From assembly GCA_964252035.1 (NCBI GenBank), contig OZ176213.1: 64,000 bases of DNA; one strand, given 5' to 3'. The notes under the pieces are model-generated. The model was not told the DNA's origin, did no database searches, and saw only the letters and a program-made list of their open reading frames with translations. Positions within the stretch are counted from its first letter, which is position 1. The number at the start of each line of letters is the position of its first letter. Made by a program: the position numbers and the translations under genes. Positions 22,501 to 33,799 of this stretch are shown in pieces. The DNA comes from Podarcis erhardii (Eukaryota).

Positions 22501-25219
22501 GAAGGCACTCCAGTCTCTGCAAATAGCTGGGTGCCGGGTTACGCTTTGGACGAACCCCTGTTGAAGGAGGAGTTTCATGCAATTTTTCCGCACAAACCCA
22601 TGCCCGAGGAGTATTTTGATGATTGGCTTTTCACGCCCACTTTGTCGGGCAGCACGTTCGGGGGTTTCTCCTCGCCCGAGGGCTCTACGCCCAAAACAAG
22701 CCCGACCAGGGATCCCCGCCTGGGGGGGGGAGAGACAAACCCTTATTGGTGGGTGGATCAGCCAAGGGAGGTATGGAGTCAGAGGTGGATGATAGGTCCT
22801 TGGCAGGCAGCGCCAGGAGAAGCAGTGAGGGAGGAAGAGACTGTGATGCCTTCAGGGGGGGAACCCGAGTTCGAACACACGTATACGGAGCTGCCAGAGG
22901 AGAAGATTGACGTGGACACCCGGTATCCTGAACCGACCCAGCAAGAACCACATTTCCCTCAACCTGCACCCAGCGACCGGGAGGGGGGAAGGGGGGGCTT
23001 CGAGGGGGGGATGGATGTCAGGGTTTCTGGGAGAAGTGAGGAGATGGCAGAGGAGACGGAAAGCGAGTGGGAGGAGGGAGAGAGAGACGAGGAAGAAGAT
23101 GACGGAATTCGAAGGGAATCTATGAGCCTAAGCAGTGAGTCAGAGGATTCCCAAAAGGGAGCTAGCATGATCAGGCGAAAAGCAGGAGAAGAGAGAAGCT
23201 GTGAAAAGTCAGGGAAGGAGGGGAGAAAGCCCAGTGAAGCACAGACGCTGTCAGAGGGGTCTCAGCCGGAACGGAGTAAAGGGGGTGGAGTTGTCAGCCT
23301 CTCGGAGGGAGGAGGAACAGGAGAAAACAGAGAGAGGGGGTTGGAGCAAGGTATTCAGCTGGAAAGGGTAGAGAGTGGAACAGGGGGCAGTATAGAGGAC
23401 GAAGGAAAGGTCAAAAGCAACGTACGCGCGCCAAGTTCAAACATAGAGGCGCGCGGAAGTGGGGAAAGCTCAGAGGAGGAGCCCGGCCCCAAAGCCAGAA
23501 GGAGGGGGCAGGAGGCGGCAGAGGATTCAGCCTCAGGCGAATCCCGGAAAGAGAGAACCCAGGGGGGCAGAAAGACCCTGCGGAAAAGAAAGGAGAGGAA
23601 GAGGTGGTCTAGAGCCAGGCTATTAAGTTGGTGTGGAGGAGGGGAGGAGTCAGAGGGGGACTTCGGCGGTCTAACGTGACAGACGTACAGCCACAATGCT
23701 GAACTGTGAAAGAAGCAATTATCTTCAATAAACTTTTCCTGTAAGTAAACTACAACGGAGTAAGGTCTCTCGTGAGCTGGGACCCACCTGGGTGGTTGTG
23801 ACACTCTGCTTTCAGTGCAGCTTTCAGACTGCAGCATGCCTTGAGTCTTAGAGGTGGGTTAGAAACAGAGTCACAGTCTTGTTAAGGGGGTACCACTTTC
23901 CTGAGCCTGGGATCTCCTCTCCCTCCCCATAATTCCACCACCAGTCGCTGCTACTTTTGTTGCTTGCTGAATTGACATTTCTACTTGCTTTTCCTTCCTT
24001 GTGGATCAGGGCCTCCTGTTCGTAGTTCTGAGCCACCCGCATGCCAAGGAGAGCAACTCATGGCTGAACCCTGCCTTCCAGGTGGTTGTGCTCAACCCCA
24101 AGACAGCGAGGAGTGCCAGGCTGATGTCCTTATCCCTTCCCCTGGGAATCACAGGAAGGCAAGTTGTTGTTGTTGGCTGTTGTTGTTTCCACCCATAAAA
24201 CCAGCAGTTAGAGCAGATTGCAGCCAAACTAGGGTATGGGGATCTGACTGCCCATTTAGCTCATTTCTTCCTACTCTGGCTGGCAGCAGCTCCCAGGCTC
24301 TCTGGCAGAGGTTTCTCCCAGTCCTGCTACCTCTGATAACGTTAACTGGGCGCAGCAAGGACTGGGGATGTCCTGTATTCAAGGCATATGCTTCCCCTCC
24401 CCCACTTTCTTTCCAGCCCAGTGGAGCTACATTCCTGTTGATGCTTCTGTAGCTCTAGGTCACTGGGAGGGCACTGCCTCCTTCCTGCCAGCCTCCTGTG
24501 TAAATCTGATTTTAAGCACTGGAGCTTCCTGGACTCTGGTGAAGGGAGCTGCTTCCTCTGCAGCTCTTCATGTCAGGAGTTCCTAATGAAGCCTCTGCTG
24601 GCGTGTGTCATGATGGGTTACCATTCAAGTGCAGACCACTTTCTGCCTGCCCCCTTCTCTGCCCTTTGAACATCCTGGACCTCTTCCACAAACAGCTTTT
24701 TTTCCTGGTTGATGATGAGGATCATTAAAACATGCTGTAACTTCCACTTCTATTTAAGCAGGCTTTTTAAGGATCCAGATTTTACTGCACTGTTGTGATT
24801 TTAAGAAAACAGCCTTGTATAAAGTTGTAGAAAAATGTTAAATCTGTTTTTAATCGTGTGAGTCCTCTGTGTTTCTTCTTTTTATTTTGACTTTATACTC
24901 TTGCATTTTAGTTCTACTTTAATTTTTTTTTTAAATAGTTATGTTATGGGGCAGCATTAATCTGGATATTGCTTTTGGCTCTAGGTACTTGGAGGGTGAA
25001 GTGAAGGGCGCTTCTGCAGCAGCTGTGCTAACATCTGGAACCATTGCTGTCTGGGATTTATTTTGGGGGCAGTGCATGGCTCTGCTGCCCCCCAACTCTG
25101 AAGGGAGCTGGTCTCTTGCCAGATGGTCTGTAACTGACACTTGTCTACTGGCTGGGCAAAAGGACGGCAGTGTTTACATTTACAGTTACACAACAGCTTT
25201 GAGGGACTCGCTTGGTTAG
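2839..25219 (+). CDS. PALB2: Partner and localizer of BRCA2, complete 13-exon CDS (about 1230 aa)
   Basis: Exons 2839-2892, 6256-6315, 6794-6893, 7816-9471, 10317-11065, 12562-12636, 13618-13779, 14067-14152, 15325-15486, 15658-15774, 16777-16864, 24010-24158, 24985-25219; total 3693 nt, in frame. Contains the coiled coil [15 protein letters not shown], Ch[28 protein letters not shown]15-binding [18 protein letters not shown], and WD40 exons 7-13 (exons 7-12 have human-like sizes 162/86/162/117/88/149). Confidence 0.96.
3277..3446. mobile_element. Palindromic hAT-type MITE copy interrupted by a U2 fragment
   Basis: Arms tctttctcaaccttggat / cccaaggttgagaaaga; internal ctcccatcat...atgatgggagttgtag as in the copies at 58526-58661 and about 63340-63480. 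Confidence 0.65.
3327..3365 (+). pseudogene. 3'-truncated U2 snRNA pseudogene (first 39 nt)
   Basis: ATCGCTTCTCGGCCTTTTGGCTAAGATCAAGTGTAGTAT is the vertebrate U2 5' end, including the branch-point recognition GTAGTA. No Sm site, and no DSE/PSE promoter seen. Confidence 0.93.
3888..5547 (+). mobile_element. 5'-truncated RTE/BovB LINE (RT domain) with 11-bp TSD
   Basis: ORFs 3980-4372 and 4406-5536 are in one frame, broken by a single TGA at 4370-4372. Motifs [32 protein letters not shown]; BovB-type tail GACTAAAC-(AAC)n; TSD AGGGCAATTTC at 3877-3887 and 5548-5558. Confidence 0.93.
5566..5892. mobile_element. Tc1/mariner (pogo/Tigger-like) MITE
   Basis: 22-bp TIR CAGTGGTGCCTCGCAAGACGAA / TTCGTCTTGCGGGGCACCACTG (1 mismatch), TA on both flanks, internal TCGTCTTGCGAAGCAAGCCCAT repeats. 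Confidence 0.9.
6440..6715 (+). mobile_element. L2-type LINE 3' fragment
   Basis: ttctgcagtggcccctcgcttgtggaat...tttaggtgccaggcaaaaa followed by an (AAT)-rich tail; a similar copy lies at about 50160-50450. Confidence 0.55.
7435..7585. mobile_element. Tc1/pogo-type MITE, short subfamily
   Basis: TA-CAGTCGTACCTC ... GAGGTACCACTG-TA ends. Confidence 0.75.
7816..9471 (+). CDS. PALB2: PALB2 large exon 4 (disordered region plus ChAM motif)
   Basis: ORF 7896-9479 extended back to the acceptor ttcacag at 7815; donor CGAG|gtatgt; ChAM motif present. Confidence 0.92.
9861..9901. repeat. (TGAT)10 microsatellite
   Basis: Directly visible. Confidence 0.95.
10317..11065 (+). CDS. PALB2: PALB2 exon 5 (MRG15-binding FxLP region)
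   Basis: Acceptor ttgcag at 10316, donor ATG|gttggt; phase 1 to 0 as in human. Confidence 0.88.
12231..12261. repeat. (AAT)n microsatellite next to an L2-like 3' end
   Basis: Directly visible; followed by tttatatcccgccctccc...gggtggctaaca. Confidence 0.9.
14575..14795 (+). mobile_element. CR1-type 3' fragment
   Basis: ggctactagtcatgatggcta...ttgtgggcttcccagaagcatctggttggcc...ggacaagatggg; related copies at about 35700-35930 (-), 41800-41920 (-), 49010-49260 (-) and 59280-59420 (+). Confidence 0.55.
17266..18053 (+). repeat. 5' LTR (U3 about 17266-17902; R/U5 to 18053)
   Basis: TGTCA...TGACA termini; TATA-like TATTAA 17871-17876; AATAAA 17977-17982. Confidence 0.97.
17294..17929 (+). CDS. 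211-aa low-complexity acidic/basic ORF encoded inside the LTR U3 (function unknown)
   Basis: GAGATGG Kozak-like start; open across almost the whole U3. The copy in the 3' LTR (23044-23679) is in frame with pol. Confidence 0.4.
   Translation: MAEETESEWEEGERDEEEDDGIRRESMSLSSESEDSQKGASMIRRKAGEERSCEKSGKEGRKPSEAQTLSEGSQPERSKGGGVVSLSEGGGTGENRERGLEQGIQPERVESGTGGSIEDEGKVKSNVRAPSSNIEARGSGESSEEEPGPKARRRGQEAAEDSASGESRKERTQGGRKTLRKRKERKRWSRARLLSWCGGGEESEGDFGGLT
18116..19192 (+). CDS. Gag (capsid plus CCHC zinc knuckle), 358 aa
   Basis: Retrotrans_gag/PEG10-like segment ([33 protein letters not shown]) and the knuckle [14 protein letters not shown]. Confidence 0.95.
   Translation: MSAEEQLAALRDQITTLTTAVIASQKKNADLEKACQDLQARWENADKAGTPGSRAEGIALGRRGGALVSHFNGNLQDYPNFRADVVYALHLLRHDFRDEEERVGFIVSHLHGEARAWLRNLWREDGPARRNADAFIKAMDACFQSSVDKDIARRQMHGLRQGRATVRQYHSKFFALLTALDWPKDSLPVRDLFWEGLSPSVKDEIARGDRPQTLEDVVQRALAIGIRHEGRPWHEEGGPQARAQAKALPFVHRDFSRAHPSPMGKEGEEPMEIGGARAQKPSQSPIPAAAKAKPPRGTRKCYICDSAHHMAKECPQRLQKHTAALATVTAEVQSEEQLQGNCSAWLEAELLGLSQADL
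19138..23679 (+). CDS. Pol (PR-RT-RNase H-integrase-chromodomain plus long tail), expressed by -1 frameshift from gag
   Basis: Protease IDSG (19309), RT FLDD (20254-20265), RNase H ETDAS/DRELLAI/TDHKNL, integrase HHCC (LHDAPSAGH...CDIC), DDE (LDFVTDL, SDRG, QAERVN), GPY, chromo-like 22435-22590; no stop until 23677-23679. Confidence 0.95.
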   Translation: MQCLAGSRATGAQPGGSVEKSPASLQRMDPLPPKPAVLLTATLQLPDGRLLEVPTTIDSGSNADFVGLQFVKQHNIALLPATTPLNVVTVDGRKLLGGQVVQQTPPMMMQIGDHRELISFNVTHLSDTPIVLGMSWLDRHSPAVAWYQRQITFCSSYCAQNCIQTDQGGEAEQQLHLSMVQAVPHKYAEFLEVFCEKEADKLPPHRPYDCAIDLVPGAQLPTAKLYSMSEDELQELREFIEHNLKRGFIQESKAAGGSPVFFVKKKDTPQKRLIVDYRFINRLTKPKAFPMPKIDDLLATVRRGKIFTKLDLRGAYNLIRIRKGDEWKTAMFTPLGTYEYRVMPFGLQNGSHVFQAFMHHVLAGLLYKKCVCFLDDILIFSESPEDHDKDVKEVLQRLKEHRLYAKLEKCQFDVREVDFLGYKLSDEGLAMDKTKVQALLDWKSPRNRKEVQRFIGFANFYRKFIKGFANATAAITDTLSSKKKKFVWTEQAERSFRKLKSLFASEEQLLHVNPGRPMRVETDASDRAVGAVLLQEDSQGNWRPGAFYSRKLSKTERNYTIWDRELLAIHAAFKAWRHFLIGAKHTVQVRTDHKNLEYWRTAKLQTQRHMRWAEFFADFDFKIEYIPGDSNVIADALSRKPQYLEEVAPIAAKYIFAPQAWTCATIAVDLDAVRRALQEDQFAQSKMEELRRGSPDNNEFQLQDGLLTRKGALYVPTDELRATVLQQLHDAPSAGHFGKEKTMELVARDFWWPQMRGEVADYVARCDICQRSKPVHQKQAGLLEPLETPQQPWERVALDFVTDLPSSRGKTAVLVVVDLFTKMAHFIPCAKVATAEQTAKLFIDHVFRVHGLPQSVLSDRGRQFVSTFWRKLLGILHVKINLTSARHPQTNGQAERVNAIMQQYLRCYANQRPAAWVDYLPMAEFAYNNTKHASTGVTPFFANYGRHPRTFPSFTAPEGGGPQNADQFAAELQEVHEELRRHLELAKQAYKVQADKHRRAGEDIQVGDWVWLAAHAMPARSLAKKKLEHRQLGPYQVEAKINPVAFRLALPEGSRVHPVFHRSVLTPYKAPHRFQESGAPPEPRRRAPERGESPRPEPLNEVTEILDSRWGEEGVEYFLAREGTPVSANSWVPGYALDEPLLKEEFHAIFPHKPMPEEYFDDWLFTPTLSGSTFGGFSSPEGSTPKTSPTRDPRLGGGETNPYWWVDQPREVWSQRWMIGPWQAAPGEAVREEETVMPSGGEPEFEHTYTELPEEKIDVDTRYPEPTQQEPHFPQPAPSDREGGRGGFEGGMDVRVSGRSEEMAEETESEWEEGERDEEEDDGIRRESMSLSSESEDSQKGASMIRRKAGEERSCEKSGKEGRKPSEAQTLSEGSQPERSKGGGVVSLSEGGGTGENRERGLEQGIQLERVESGTGGSIEDEGKVKSNVRAPSSNIEARGSGESSEEEPGPKARRRGQEAAEDSASGESRKERTQGGRKTLRKRKERKRWSRARLLSWCGGGEESEGDFGGLT
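23016..23803 (+). repeat. 3' LTR
   Basis: Identical to the 5' LTR except T at 23360 versus C at 17610 (CpG site). Confidence 0.97.
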
Positions 25220-25307
25220 ATGAGTTAATTTGGACAAGATTTCCTGCACTTGAACAATATGTAAGGACTAGGGGATCCATTTCTCCGAAAAGTTGAATGC
25301 TTTCAGG

Positions 25308-25313
25308 AATAAA
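25308..25313 (+). terminator. Probable PALB2 polyadenylation signal
   Basis: AATAAA about 90 nt after the stop codon. Confidence 0.5.
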
Positions 25314-25928
25314 CCAATTTCAAAAGTGTTATGAAGTAGCCCTAGGAGAAAGTTATATTCTGTTTATTCTGGCATTGCCAGTATAGTTATGCCTGCTGGG
25401 GCCAATGGTATCCCAGAAGGCTGGTCTCAGGAATTGATAATGGGCACGATCCACTTTGAACGTTTTCTCTGCATACCCCAATGGGCTTCCCTGGGCACAG
25501 CATTGTGCAAAATATATTGTTCTTACTGTTCACCCTCTTGGGCAGGCTTTGAACTGTTAAAAACATTTTCTGGAGTGTCTTAAATATAATATTAAAATTT
25601 CTTTTTCAAAAAATGTATAAAGTTTTCTAGGTGACGGGTTTGTTTCTAAACACTTAGAAATTGCCTAAAATTTTCCAAATGCTGTATGTGTATCATTGAA
25701 AGATAAGGCAGTCCATTCACCCAGCCTCACAATGGTAATAGAACCAATAGAAAAGGAAGAAGTAATAGACACAACAGAAAAGGAAAAGGGAATGGGAAGG
25801 GAAGAAGAAAGCAAGTGTTGGAGCAGCTAATCCTTTACTGTCCATTATGATGTCTCCCTCTCCATAATTATCCTCCTGGGCTGCAGAGAATGGTCTACAG
25901 ATAGCTGGCATGAAAGTGGGATGGAGTA

Positions 25929-26179
25929 CAGTGGTACCTTGGTTGTCAAATTTAATCCATTCTGGAAGTCCGTTTGACTCCTGAAATGGTTCAAAAACCA
26001 AGGCATGGCTTCCGATTGGCTGCAGGAGCTTCCTGCACTCAATTGGAAGCCACAAAAGCCACGTCGGATGTTCAGCTTCCGAAAAAAGTTCGCAAACTGG
26101 AACACTCACTTCCAGATTTGCGACATTCGGGAGCCGATTTGTTCGGAAGCCAAGCCATTTGACTACCAAGGTAGCACTG
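25929..26179. mobile_element. Tc1/pogo-type MITE
   Basis: TA-CAGTGGTACCTTGGTTGTCAAA ... TTTGACTACCAAGGTAGCACTG ends. Confidence 0.82.
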
Positions 26180-26214
26180 TGTTTGAGATTTCAGGCACAC
26201 ATCTTCAAATTTCT

Positions 26215-26528
26215 AAAGGACTGTCTCATGGAAGATGGAGCAAGTTTTTTCCTGCTCTGGAAGGTAGGACTCGAACCAATGGCTGCAAACTCCAAGAAAG
26301 GAGATTCCAACTAACCTTCAGGAAAAAACTTTCTGACAGTAAGAGCTGTTTGTTTGACAGTTTGGAACGGTCTCCTTTGGAAGGTTGTACACTGTCCTTC
26401 CTGGGAGGTTTTTAAGCAGAGGTTGGATGGCCATCTGTCATGGATGCTTTAGCTGAGTTTCCTGCATTGCAGGGGTTGGACTAGATGACCTTTGGGTTCC
26501 TTCCAACTCTACAATTCTGATTCTATGG
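26215..26528 (+). mobile_element. CR1 LINE 3' fragment
   Basis: tttaagcagaggttggatggccatctgtc...tcctgcattgcaggggttggactagatgacc...ccaactct...gattctatg; related ends at about 41330-41490, 45780-45917 and 47400-47455. Confidence 0.7.
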
Positions 26529-26812
26529 GGGATCCCTGCCCCTCCTCAGCAGAAAGTAAGTAGAGAGGATCTGGGGTGCTGTACTGCACCTGACTGGTCC
26601 CTCCTGTTCCTTCCCTTCTACCCTCCTGCTGTCTGTCATAGAATGAAAATTCTGTTGACAGGAATGAGGCTTCCAGGCCGTTACCCATAAAAAGAATGGA
26701 AAAAATCCTGGAGGTTTAGCATAATGCTAAATGTAATGATGAAAAAATGACTCCCTCTCCAATGAGAGTGGGGAAGCTTTGGCCCTCCTGATGTTACTCC
26801 CATCAGCCCTAG

Positions 26813-27108
26813 TAAAGGACCCTTGGAAGGTTAAGTCCAGTCAAAGGTGACAGGAGTGTAGCGGTCATCTCGCTTTCAGGCCAAGGGAGCCGGCGTTTGT
26901 TCATAGACAGCTTTCTGACTAAACCACAAGCCAGAGCGCATGGAAACACCATTTACCTTCCCGCCGCAGCAGTATCTATCTACCTGCACTGGCATGCTTT
27001 CAAATTTCTAGGTTGGCAGGAGCTGGGACAGAGCAACAGGATCTCACCCTGTCATGCAGATTCGAACCACCAACCTTCTTATCAGCAAGCCCAAGAGGGC
27101 CACCTGTG
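26813..27108 (-). mobile_element. Sauria SINE
   Basis: Reverse complement carries the Sauria SINE body (ggttcgaatc...gggtgagatcc...cctgccaacctag...gcgggaaggtaaatgg...gccggctcccttggcc...gcgagatga). Confidence 0.75.
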
Positions 27109-27729
27109 TCCCTTACCAGCCCTAGTAAGCATGGCCAGTGACCAGGGATGTTGGAGTGCCAAAGGTTTCCCACACCTCTACAATGATCAGTGGGGGTGGG
27201 AGGCTTGTGTTTGTGTGTGCACATGCACAAATACACTACACAGCTACACAGCTACACCCTCTGCAGGCATGTGTTCCCCAAAAGGGTTTCATCCTGTCCA
27301 TGTGCCCTGGAGGCAGACTTTGCTAACTGGTGGCAGGGTTTCAGGTAGGAGTCTTTCCTAGGTCTTCCTGGAGATGCCAGCCACATAACATGCCGAAAGG
27401 CCTAGATTCAAAGTGGGCAAAGATTCCAGTCCCTGTTGTTCTGAATAAAAGGCTGGTTTAAACGGCAACATTGTAATCTATTTTTATGGAGTCAGACCTC
27501 TTGGCTCATCTAGCTCCATATTGTCTGCCCGGGTTGGCAGTAGTTCACCAGAAGAATATCCGCAGCCCTATCTGGGACCTTCTGCATGCAAAGGAGGTGC
27601 TATCTGGCAGTGAACCTTAGGGCTGCAGGAGGGAAGAGGGCAATGAGGCAGCCTGGAGGGCTATCGATTCTACTCCAGTTTGACTCGGAGTAGACCCATT
27701 GAAATTAACTGAGGTCCGTTACTTGTCAT

Positions 27730-27923
27730 TTGAGTCACGGGACGGGGCAAGAGGAGGAGCCACCACATGAGCCTGAGGGGAGGGCGGGGCTTGCTTTGCA
27801 TATGCAAACACGGCGCGCTGCATGCCGGGAGCCTCCCCTCCTCAATACCCTTGAAGCCCGGCGGGCGAGCGGGCTGGCGCGGGGCATTGTGGGCGTCGGC
27901 GCAGGCGCACTCGCGGGGTCATC
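27730..27923 (+). promoter_or_regulatory. NDUFAB1 CpG-island promoter
   Basis: GC box GGGCGGGG (27782-27789), palindrome TTTGCATATGCAAA (27795-27808) and NRF1-like GCGCAGGCGCA just upstream of the ATG. Confidence 0.6.
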
Positions 27924-31567
<3,644 letters not shown>

Positions 31568-32414
31568 TTGTTTGTGTCGAGCTGAGTAAGTAGAGACTCC
31601 TGCTGGAAGGAGTGTGCAATGGTCTTGTGGTAGAAAACCTGCGTGGAGTGATGCTCTCTCCTCGTTCAGAGGGCATCTGATTGAAGGGAAGCAGAAGATG
31701 GATGTCTTGGGGAGGACTTCATGCTCTTCATGCAAAGGCATCAGCCTCTGCTAGATAGAGAATCTTGGGTAGCATGGAGCAGCCCCCATTAAAACTTATT
31801 TGGGAGAGTGGATTCTTTGATTCATGATTTGCTTGGGAAGGCCTTGGAAGCTTGCTGCCTCTCCTACACTTGCTTGAGGACACAGCCCTCTATCTGTGTC
31901 CGTAATCCACCTTTCCATGTTCATGGAATAAGCAACATGCAGCTGTGGGAAGTTACTCTGGTGCTAAGGGAACATCATCCCCCTGTGGCGTTGTCACAGT
32001 TGAGGCTACTACAAGCTGGCCTAGCGCATTTTACCAAATGCAGAGGAGCACAGCAAAGGCCCCATTATGCCTAGGTAGCCGAGTGCCCCTAGACTAGAGC
32101 TTTTCCAGAAAAGGGAGCACTTTATTCTAAAATAAAATGCAAGGCAAATTGAAAGAAGAGTAAGTGAAGGTTGTTCCAGAGTGGAGAGGCAGCAGTAACT
32201 GGCATTGGAAGTTGAAAGGGTGACCAGGGGTGGAGGTAGAATGAGAGATTGAGTTTTAGCTCTATAACAACCTCTCTTTCCTTTATGATCAGTCAAAAGC
32301 ATGTCAAAAGGAAGCGGAACACCCTAGTTTATAAGGAAGTATTTCACTGTGTGTTACTTCTCAGTGATCTTTTTGAGTTTCTAAGCCATACATGTCTCCC
32401 TCTCCCATCCACAG

Positions 32415-32600
32415 GCAACTCTGTTCTGTCCTGAGGGCTAGGATGATGTCAGCAGGAAGAGGGGACCGTGTCATGGAAGCTCTGTGCTGTATTGAATCAC
32501 TATTACGCTCAGAGGAATAGTCCTGTTGGCTGCTGTATTTAAAGCTGTGTAATATATGTTGGCCTCCAAAATAAAAAGACTGATACTGACTCCTTTATTC
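32415..32600 (+). other. NDUFAB1: Probable non-coding terminal (3' UTR) exon of NDUFAB1
   Basis: Donor gtaagt at 31586 lies 18 nt after the stop; pyrimidine tract plus cag at 32414; AATAAA at 32570-32575. Confidence 0.5.
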
Positions 32601-33799
32601 TGATTTTCACTGGTTCCAAGCATGCGTGTATTATGTGTCTCAGGGTTAGGGTTACAGCTATATTTCCTGTTCTCTTCTGGTGTGGTCCTTCTCCCTACTT
32701 GCATCTGGGGAACTCATAGAATTGAAGAGTGGGAAGGGACTATGAGGGTCATCTAGTCCAACCCCCTGCAATGTCTTTTGCCCAATTGTGGGACTCGAAC
32801 CCATGACCCTGTGGTGAAGAGCCTCATGCTCTACTGACCAAACTATGTTAAAGGCACCTCTTGGCTGCTGAGCCAAGAGGTGGGAGGAGCTCTTGATCTC
32901 AGGTCAGACAAGGGGAACCTTTTTCAGGCTGAGGGCTGCATTCGAGGGGCCACTTGCCAGAGGCAAAGGTAGGTAGAGCCATGAATGTGAATTCTCCCTT
33001 TTGTACAGCAGGCTGATTTCTACACCCCCATCCTCCATCCAGACTTTGTGTCCAGAGTTCAAGGACACATTCCAGCCAGGCAGAAAAACTCAAGGAATGT
33101 GCTAAGCTGAGCTGGTGAGGGGTGAAACTATGGCTCAGGGAGGGTCCTGTGAGCCTTTGTCCCAGAGGTCTCCACACCCATCCCTGGCTTAGATGCTCTG
33201 CAAATGCCCTCTGGAGCCCCATGTGTTCTGTAGCCAGTTCCTGCCGATTCAAGAGCTTTGCCCTGTTGGGACTTGCTCTTCTGTTGTGTTTGGAGCAGGG
33301 GCGTGGGGGTTTTGTGGCCCACCAGGAAGCCTTCGCTCCTATCTGCCCCAGCCATGATGGCCAATGGCCAGGGATGGTGGGAGTTGTGGGCCAGCAACAG
33401 GCAGGACTACACCGCACCCTTCATTGAGCTAGCATGATGGGACATAGTGGTGGCCAACTGCTCAGCTACCAAGGCCTCTTGCTCCTGCACTGCCAAGTGG
33501 AGGCAACTTGATTTCCAAGCAAGGGAGAGGGGTTGGGGCAGGGACACTTTTCCACATGCTCCTCTGGACAACCACATAACAGTGATGGGCACACTAATGC
33601 CAGCAGAGCAACTAATGCTAATTTCTGTACGATAAGCTAGTTTCCCCACCTGCACCTTCTCCGCAAACAGAGGCATTGGAGAGTTCAAGGACACATTTTA
33701 GCCAAGGAGGAAGGAGCATGGGGAGGGGATGTGTGCTCCCTAGGGCCAGAGAGAGAAGCCTGGTGTGCCACATTTGGCCACAAGTGCCTGAACTGTCTC

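Larger units (their letters stand above)
17266..23803 (+). mobile_element. Full-length Ty3/Gypsy chromovirus (Tf1/sushi-type) LTR retrotransposon, 6538 bp, in PALB2 intron 11
   Basis: TG...CA LTRs at 17266-18053 and 23016-23803 (788 bp each, one C/T difference); TSD CTCTG at 17261-17265 and 23804-23808; uninterrupted gag and pol ORFs; PPT about 23002-23015. Confidence 0.98.
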
